DNA of 64,000 nucleotides from Escherichia coli (GTDB lineage Bacteria; Pseudomonadota; Gammaproteobacteria; Enterobacterales; Enterobacteriaceae): NCBI RefSeq assembly GCF_044324875.1, contig NZ_CP172185.1; one strand, 5' to 3'. Shown piece by piece: positions 58,212 to 64,000 of this stretch (position 1 is its first letter; each line of letters starts with the position of its first letter). The notes under the pieces were generated by a model. It saw only the letters and a program-made list of their open reading frames with translations, ran no database searches and was not told where the DNA came from. The position numbers and the translations under genes were made by a program.

Positions 58212-58538
58212 TCACGTATTCGTAACGATGGCATCAAGTGCAGCGATAATTTCATTTCTGGATGAAGAAATATTACATATAAAATCTTTGCTGTTTATTT
58301 TTTTTGCATCCAGGAACGTGAGCGCCGGGGTGAACACATAGAAATCCGATGTCTCTATTTTAACTAATGGCGTTATCCTTTTCTTTTTAAGCTCAATATC
58401 ATTTTTTGATACCAGAGGCACGACTATCCTTGTGGTTAAATCGTCAAAATAATCATTCTGGAGAATAAGGTAGAACGGCCAGAGTTTATTCGTTCTGACC
58501 GATGGATTGCGGTATACATCAAATTGCTTTGGCATCAC
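58212..58538 (-). CDS. ccdB: CcdB-family gyrase-inhibitor toxin
   Basis: ...QFDVYRNP...FYLILQNDYFDDLTTRIVVPLVS... and C-terminal ...SSRNEIIAALDAIVT parallel recalled F-plasmid CcdB (QFKVYTYK...RMVIPLAS...SHRENDIKNAINLMF). Confidence 0.7.
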   Translation of the reverse strand: MMPKQFDVYRNPSVRTNKLWPFYLILQNDYFDDLTTRIVVPLVSKNDIELKKKRITPLVKIETSDFYVFTPALTFLDAKKINSKDFICNISSSRNEIIAALDAIVTNT

Positions 58539-58783
58539 AGACTCCCAAAGAAATCGTCATCCGTCAACATTCCTGCTTTTGCCATAAATTTATTCATAGT
58601 GTGCATATCCTGTTTTTCTTCTTCCCGCTCTACAGTTTTGGCCTCGATAGCCTGTGCCAGAAGGTTATCCAGTGTTGCCGACAGGTTCATGTCCATACTC
58701 CGGGCTTTATCAACCAGTGAGGCCGTCAGGTAAACGTTGGTGCTTCTTTTGTTGCTGTTACGAGTGGTGGCAACTGTATTCAT
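58535..58783 (-). CDS. ccdA: CcdA-family antitoxin
   Basis: AGGAGC RBS before ATG 58783; 82 aa; ...NVYLTASLVDKARSMDMNLSATLDNLL... RHH-like; ATGA overlap with ccdB. Confidence 0.65.
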   Translation of the reverse strand: MNTVATTRNSNKRSTNVYLTASLVDKARSMDMNLSATLDNLLAQAIEAKTVEREEEKQDMHTMNKFMAKAGMLTDDDFFGSL

Positions 58784-58858
58784 TATGCTTGCTCCTGTGC
58801 GCAGATGTATGCGCATAATTATGATGGGGGAAGGATAAACAATCAAGTGTGATCCTTC

Positions 58859-58970
58859 CGTTAGAAGGTAATGTGGCATGCTTTAACCAGCGTTTCGGGT
58901 GTTTTGTTGACACCAAAAAAGGTGCCTGATCAGAAATCGATCACAGGCGCTATTGATATGCAAAAGTATT
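58859..58970 (+). repeat. Right copy of the ~110-bp direct repeat: displaced 3' fragment of rpmE2 (last ~21 codons, with substitutions) plus downstream sequence
   Basis: ...GAAGGTAATGTGGCATGCTTTAACCAGCGTTTCGGGTGTTTTGTTGACACCAAAAAAGGTGCCTGATCAGAAATCGATCACAGGCGCTATTGATATGCAAAAGTATT. Confidence 0.8.
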
Positions 58971-59052
58971 GCTTGAGTGTCTGAGGTCGGTTATTTTATG
59001 TTTCACAAGTAAAGAAGCATTTAAAAAGAAACTCACAGTCCATATTCCTTCA

Positions 59053-59076
59053 TCCCCGGTTACGGGGATTTTTTTT
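59053..59076 (+). terminator. Rho-independent terminator (probably the native rpmE2 terminator displaced by the cassette)
   Basis: tccccggttacgggga hairpin followed by TTTTTTTT. Confidence 0.6.
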
Positions 59077-59189
59077 AGCTGCTGTCTGGTGAGGAGGAAA
59101 GGGGCTGTGTCGGGCAGGGCGCTGTAAGGCTGCGATTGTCCGGGTGATGTCTGAACATGCGGTATGTTTGTGTTAAACAAGGGGGGAGT

Positions 59190-59378
59190 ATGTGGATACT
59201 GATTTTCTGGCTTTCAACACCATATTCAGTGTCATCCAGCGTTGCCAGACAACCAACGCTTGCTGTTCATTCTCAGGAGTTCGCCAGCGAAAGGGCCTGC
59301 AGGAATGCGCTGGCTGAGATGAAGAAGGTGAATGTCGGAGAACTGACCCTGAGGGGTATCTGTGTCTCAAAAGAATAG
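59190..59378 (+). CDS. Small hypothetical protein
   Basis: GGGGGAG RBS, ATG 59190; 62 aa; hydrophobic N-terminus. Confidence 0.3.
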   Translation: MWILIFWLSTPYSVSSSVARQPTLAVHSQEFASERACRNALAEMKKVNVGELTLRGICVSKE

Positions 59379-60121
59379 TGGGGGAGAGGGAGCGAACCAG
59401 GCAGTTTTATCAGGAATGTGATTCCGGCGAACCCGCTCGCCGCAGTCCGGCGACCGAACGTCAGTGAGTAAGCGGACGAGGAAGCGGAATGTCACCGTTC
59501 TTTCATAATGCACGAACGCTGTGTGGTTACATGGGGAAAGGATGAATGTCACCATTCTGTATCTGTTTCTGAAAAACAGTTCCGCTTGTTACCCTGTAAT
59601 TGCCGACTGGCGTTAGCATACAGAGGCGGTATTATCCCCTGTGATATCAGGGGTTATTTTGTTTTGCTCTGTAAGACCTGGCCAGCTATTATGCTGGCCT
59701 TTTTGTGGTTTATTGTTCGCAGTCCAGCATTGCAAATAATTTTCGTTTCTGTTCCTTCACATACTCAACATCAACAGTACAATCCAGATAACTTAACTCA
59801 TCTTCTGTCCAGGCATTGATGGATTCTTTTATTCGGTGTGTCACATCAGGTGTGAGTATGTCGCGCATTTCTCAATGGTATCCCGGCTTATTTCTCCTCG
59901 TGGAGATTCAAGCAGAGGAATTACGGCCTGATCTCCCGGAGGGAGTATAAGACGTAATTCATATTTAAGCGTTTCGTTGAGTAAACTACAGAAAGCACTG
60001 TATTTCTCTTTCCGGGTACTGTTCATCGTTTTATTCCTTCTAATTACTGTGCATGGGGTAAGATTAAAGTGTTTTGCAAAAAATGTACAAGTTGTTTTTA
60101 TCCTGATTTAATTTGATGTCA

Positions 60122-60775
60122 TCACTTTTCTTTTGTGTCAGTGGGTACTGCATTGTTTATTAGCCACGGCAATTGTTGATTATCCTGTATTTTTCGGATG
60201 TAGTTATCAATAATATCTTTTGTTTCATCAATATTATTATAAAAAGATTCAAGTGTGCATATAAAATCATCATTTAATGTAGGTAGCAGGATTATGTTTT
60301 TTACTGTGAACCGGATATGACGATTACTCAGTGTTTTTAAATAAAGTTTCTTTCCAATAACAGGATTTACATTGAAAATATTGTAACAGATTTCCACTGT
60401 GTTTTCTGAAGGTGCGTATAATACGTATACCGGATATTTTTTATGAAGTTTTATCAAGCAACTTATAAAATCTAAGTAATTTGTTTGTTTTGCTTTTTCT
60501 CGCATCTTATTTACGTGCTGCGAAAAGAAATATGCTTTTGTAAATATAAAAAGAAAAATAAACGCAGTGTTTAACAGAAATGTGATGACAATTGTTGTAA
60601 ATAACCATTTGCCTGAACCTGTATTAAAAATATGGGATGAAAGATACCCACCTGTCAGCAACAAAAATATAAATAATAATGACTGCATTTTTTCCTGGTT
60701 GTTTATTGATGATTTCAGACACAGAAATATAACAACACATGAAAAGGTCCAGAAAAATATAACAGCAAAATCCAT
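60122..60775 (-). CDS. Membrane protein of unknown function (N-terminal TM bundle plus soluble C-terminal domain)
   Basis: AAGGTGA RBS before ATG 60775; 3-4 hydrophobic helices in first ~100 aa; AT-rich, atypical composition. Confidence 0.5.
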   Translation of the reverse strand: MDFAVIFFWTFSCVVIFLCLKSSINNQEKMQSLLFIFLLLTGGYLSSHIFNTGSGKWLFTTIVITFLLNTAFIFLFIFTKAYFFSQHVNKMREKAKQTNYLDFISCLIKLHKKYPVYVLYAPSENTVEICYNIFNVNPVIGKKLYLKTLSNRHIRFTVKNIILLPTLNDDFICTLESFYNNIDETKDIIDNYIRKIQDNQQLPWLINNAVPTDTKEK

Positions 60776-60941
60776 ATTATCACCTTTTGTCTGACAGTTC
60801 ATTTGTTGATGCTATCACGATATTCGCGATGCGGTAAATATATCAATATGTTGGTTTATTTGTGTAATACATTATTTCCCATACGCCATAAATCAGTCTG
60901 TTGACGATAGCTTTTTTCTTTTGTTATTCTGTACCCGCTTT

Positions 60942-61187
60942 AACTGTCGCTTCGGCGACCACCAATGTTCCATGAGGCCTGTGAGGAACGCCTTCGGGTG
61001 GCCCACGTCGCTCCGGCGACCACCAATGCTCCATCTGACCTGTGAGGAGCGCCTTCGGGTGGTCAGTTTTACACCTCCGTAGCCTGAAAGGAGCTGTGCG
61101 TGCTGATGGGATATGTTCCCGGAAGTACGGGTAAATCTGCACACCTTTGCGAGCAGATGTCACCACGGTTTACGTGATGATGAAGGC
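60942..61187 (+). repeat. Structured repeat element, copy 2 (2 subunits plus tail)
   Basis: Near-identical to 26925-27238 minus one subunit; tail diverges at the 3' end into ccggatttcgtccgg hairpin plus T-rich run. Confidence 0.85.
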
Positions 61188-61921
61188 ATTCCGGATTTCG
61201 TCCGGTACTTTTACTTTTTCTCAGCAGACTTTCATAAAAATGCTTTATGGATCTGCTTCTTAAGATGTTTTCTGGCTTTCCGCATAAGCTTCTTATGACT
61301 GTGCGCACGGCATAAGGCCATTTGAAATTTGGCCGCTTGCGTGTGTACGTGGATTTTGAAGCCTTGCGGCGTCACTTGAGTGCGACCGTAGGGAACACCA
61401 AGTGACGCCACAACAATCTGCCCTGAAAGCAGCATCACGTAAGGCCAGCCAGAAAATCGTCGCTCGTGACCAGCGTTCTGATGACCGTTTCGTCTGTCTG
61501 ACAGCGTCTTTCAGTAACGTGTCCATGCCTTTCCGGCGCGTCCGTTTTCACGGACGGCCACGCCGGAATGTCTTTTTAAACTTCATAATACATGAGAGGT
61601 AAGTGTATTAACTTGTTGAAAAAAGGAATAAATATGAAAAATCGTTCTGAAGTCGGAAGGCGTCATCGTAAGATGACGGGGAGTAAAAAATCGCCCTGGT
61701 GCACAGGTAGCGAACTCCTGTAAAAACTCAACATGTGCAAGCTCTGCTACATCGACATCAAACGAGCCAGGAAGGCGAGCAACCGCGTTACAGAGCCGTC
61801 CGTGATGACGAAAAACTAACAATATCAACGATCTGGTCTGTTTATCGGAAGGGCATCTCATGCAGTTGAACTTTCAGAACGGATGGTTTTCTGCATCTTT
61901 TTTAACAGGGGGATTGACGTT

Positions 61922-62839
61922 ATGTCCCGTAAATCGTCACGTTCCAAAGTTGAAGTCTTTCGCAAGTCATTCATCTCACTTGCCCGTGATTGTGGTGGCA
62001 GCTACGCAACAACCGCTGACAGAATGCGAATTGCCAGATACTTTTTGAATTATTTGCAAGTAAACGGTATCAAACTTCGTCAGACGGGCAGTATTAAGAC
62101 GAGGCATATTTCTGGTTATCTTCTCAGCAGGAAAGAGCAGGGGATCTCTCACCGCACAATTCAGAATGAACGGGCAGTTATGCGCGCAATTCTAGAGAAA
62201 GATGGTCGCCTTAAAATAGCGGATCCGTCCAATCCTTTATTGAGCAATGAAGCTCTTGGACTCAGGGATACATGCCGTGATGGTAAAAAGATACCACTCT
62301 CACAGGATGAGTTTAATAAAGCCTTCAGTAAGGTTGAAAAAAATAATCCCGGTGTTGCTGCAGTAATGCAAATTTCTTATGTTCTTGGACTGAGGACAAA
62401 AGAAGCTGTTCAGTCTTGTAAATCAGTTAACTCGTGGCTACGTGAACTTGATTCAGGGCATGATTCTCTTCTCGTTGTTTTTGGGACGAAAGGTGGAAGG
62501 CCCAGAGATACAACGATCATTAATCGTGATGCAGTGAAACATGCGCTCATTTATGCAAAAAACATTATGGATAAACAGAATGGTAAACTTATCGATTGCC
62601 CCAATATTAAACAGGCTATAAACGTATATCGTTACCATGTAAGAAAAGCTGGTTTATCTGGAGTGAAGGCACCACATAGTATGCGTTATCATTTTTCGCA
62701 GGAAGCAAGGCAGTTTTATCGAAAAAGTGGATATGGAGATAAAGAAATTTACGCAAGGGTTTCCATGGACCTTGGTCATGGTGACGGAAGAGGGCGTTAT
62801 GTAAAACAGGTCTACTTTAAAGGCGATGATGAGAGCTGA
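61922..62839 (+). CDS. Tyrosine-recombinase-like (integrase domain) protein
   Basis: N-terminal SAM-like region; C-terminal half with ...GTKGGRPRDTTI..., ...HSMRYHFSQ..., ...RGRYVKQVY... in the order expected for an R...HxxR...Y catalytic core (tentative). Confidence 0.55.
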   Translation: MSRKSSRSKVEVFRKSFISLARDCGGSYATTADRMRIARYFLNYLQVNGIKLRQTGSIKTRHISGYLLSRKEQGISHRTIQNERAVMRAILEKDGRLKIADPSNPLLSNEALGLRDTCRDGKKIPLSQDEFNKAFSKVEKNNPGVAAVMQISYVLGLRTKEAVQSCKSVNSWLRELDSGHDSLLVVFGTKGGRPRDTTIINRDAVKHALIYAKNIMDKQNGKLIDCPNIKQAINVYRYHVRKAGLSGVKAPHSMRYHFSQEARQFYRKSGYGDKEIYARVSMDLGHGDGRGRYVKQVYFKGDDES

Positions 62840-62842
62840 TAT

Positions 62843-63583
62843 TTAAAATGAATCCGGAGGATATGTGTTTTTCGCGAACTTATTAATTTCTGTAATAAGA
62901 ATTTCTGATGCACGATTACACATGCTCTCATTAAAGTATCCTATATGGCATTCATGGATGCGGCAATTTAGTTTTCTGGATAGCCATCTGTTTGCCTCGT
63001 TACGGGATATATTTGTTTTTTGCTGATAGCTGTCAAAAAGTTTACGCACTTGTGCTCTGAGTATTCTCAAATTTTCTTTAGCTGGAGTACCTAATGGTCT
63101 CCCTGAATTTTTATGACATCCAACCCATGCATTGCATGGGCTGCAAATCCAGTAATATTTGTTTTCTGTAGTGGGTGTCGTGGAAAATGGCATAAGTGCA
63201 CCTTTTCTGAGTTGTGCCTTATTACCACAGTAAGTGCAGATTACAATTGGACGAACATCTGCAATATTCAGTGCTGCATAAGTAAGACGTTCATTTTTCA
63301 TCATGTTTCGTTTTCCACAGTCAGTGAGAATATGCTTTATTGTGTCTAATTCTTCTCGGAGTATTTTTGAACGGACGCCAGTTCGATAACGCTGTTGAAA
63401 GTAGAGCTCAATATGGCGTAGTTTTATACTATTTATTGATTTTATCTGTATATTGGATTCTTTAAGAAATGAAGCAAATCTTCTGGCTCTCCCCATATAT
63501 ACCAGTATGTCTTCTGGTGTCGGGGCGCATGCTTTAGCTATTTTGATTAGCTCATCTTTTAATTTTTTGTATTTCGATTTCAT
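62843..63583 (-). CDS. Integrase-N-terminal-like domain fused to a Cys-rich zinc-ribbon domain (no catalytic core)
   Basis: N-terminus (…KSINSIKLRHIELYFQQRYRTG…) parallels that of the convergent recombinase-like gene (…TGSIKTRHISGYLLSRKEQG…); C-terminal CTYCGN...CSPCNAWVGCH. Confidence 0.45.
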   Translation of the reverse strand: MKSKYKKLKDELIKIAKACAPTPEDILVYMGRARRFASFLKESNIQIKSINSIKLRHIELYFQQRYRTGVRSKILREELDTIKHILTDCGKRNMMKNERLTYAALNIADVRPIVICTYCGNKAQLRKGALMPFSTTPTTENKYYWICSPCNAWVGCHKNSGRPLGTPAKENLRILRAQVRKLFDSYQQKTNISRNEANRWLSRKLNCRIHECHIGYFNESMCNRASEILITEINKFAKNTYPPDSF

Positions 63584-63734
63584 CCTGATATCTCTCTTTA
63601 AGGTTCATTAAGAGTGTTACTGAGTAAAAAAATATCAAATTAAGTATTTATTGTCATTCAGTTGTAGCTTCTCAGCCGCTCCACGACAATAACAACTTGA
63701 AGTTTTATGCAGTTTGTGCTTACAATTTAAACGC

Positions 63735-63989
63735 TAACTTGTCGCTTCGGCGACCACCAATGTTCCATGTGGCCTGTGAGGAACGCCTTCGGGTGGCCCA
63801 CGTCGCTCCGGCGACCACCAATGCTTCATCTGACCTGTGAGGAGCGCCTTCGGGTGGTCAGTTTTACACCTCCTGAGCCTGAAAGGAGCTGTGCGTGCTG
63901 AAGGGATATGTTCCCGGAAGTACGGGCAAATCTGCGCACCTTTGAGAGCAGATGTCACTGCGGTTTTCCGTGATGATGAAGGCTTTTTT
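63735..63989 (+). repeat. Structured repeat element, copy 3 (2 subunits plus tail)
   Basis: Near-identical to copy 1 tail including GATGATGAAGGCTTTTTT; same orientation as copies 1 and 2. Confidence 0.85.
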
Positions 63990-64000
63990 ATCACTGTATG

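Noticed and set aside
57928-58341. Plus-strand ORFs encoding (LLVACC)n (57928-58341 and 58037-58225)
   Set aside because: Translation of the heptanucleotide tract; 7-bp period cycles all three frames, no RBS, and the region is the upstream region of the minus-strand methyltransferase.
59841-60026. 61-aa minus-strand ORF
   Set aside because: No clear RBS and no recognisable motif; left out of the feature list as unsupported rather than disproven.

Overview
This window is accessory DNA from an enterobacterial, probably Escherichia coli-like, genome (inferred from Tia/Leo-, Iha-, RpmE2- and CcdAB-like products; no search was run). The centre (about 12.5-54 kb, + strand) is the backbone of a pKLC102/PAPI-1/SPI-7-type integrative conjugative element (ICE): parA/soj, dnaB, parB, a replication protein with a 9 x 36-bp iteron array, topB, ssb, pilL, traD, a VirB4/TraC-like ATPase, TraU-like and traG. 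A P4-type integrase (minus strand) sits immediately left of a 50-bp tRNA-Phe 3'-end-like att core that lies between int and soj, which fits an attP-type junction of a circular or tandem element. Left cargo (1-10 kb) holds a truncated IS21-family element, DolP- and YebF-like paralogues, a Tia/Hek-family outer-membrane protein, a leoC-leoB-leoA-like split dynamin operon and a YaaW-like gene. Inside the backbone, a TonB-dependent receptor (Iha-like) is inserted with duplication of the 3' end of the upstream ICE gene. Right cargo (54-64 kb) holds rpmE2 and, inserted at its 3' end between roughly 110-bp imperfect direct repeats, a cassette of an EcoRI-like N6-adenine methyltransferase plus a DUF262(DGQQR)-HNH nuclease, a 17-copy heptanucleotide tract in their upstream region, and ccdAB. 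That methyltransferase-nuclease pair is my best candidate for an undescribed defence system. Further right are a membrane protein and a convergent pair of tyrosine-recombinase-like genes bracketed by a roughly 250-300-bp structured repeat element that occurs three times in the window. All family assignments come from motifs read in the translations and recalled family signatures; none was verified computationally.
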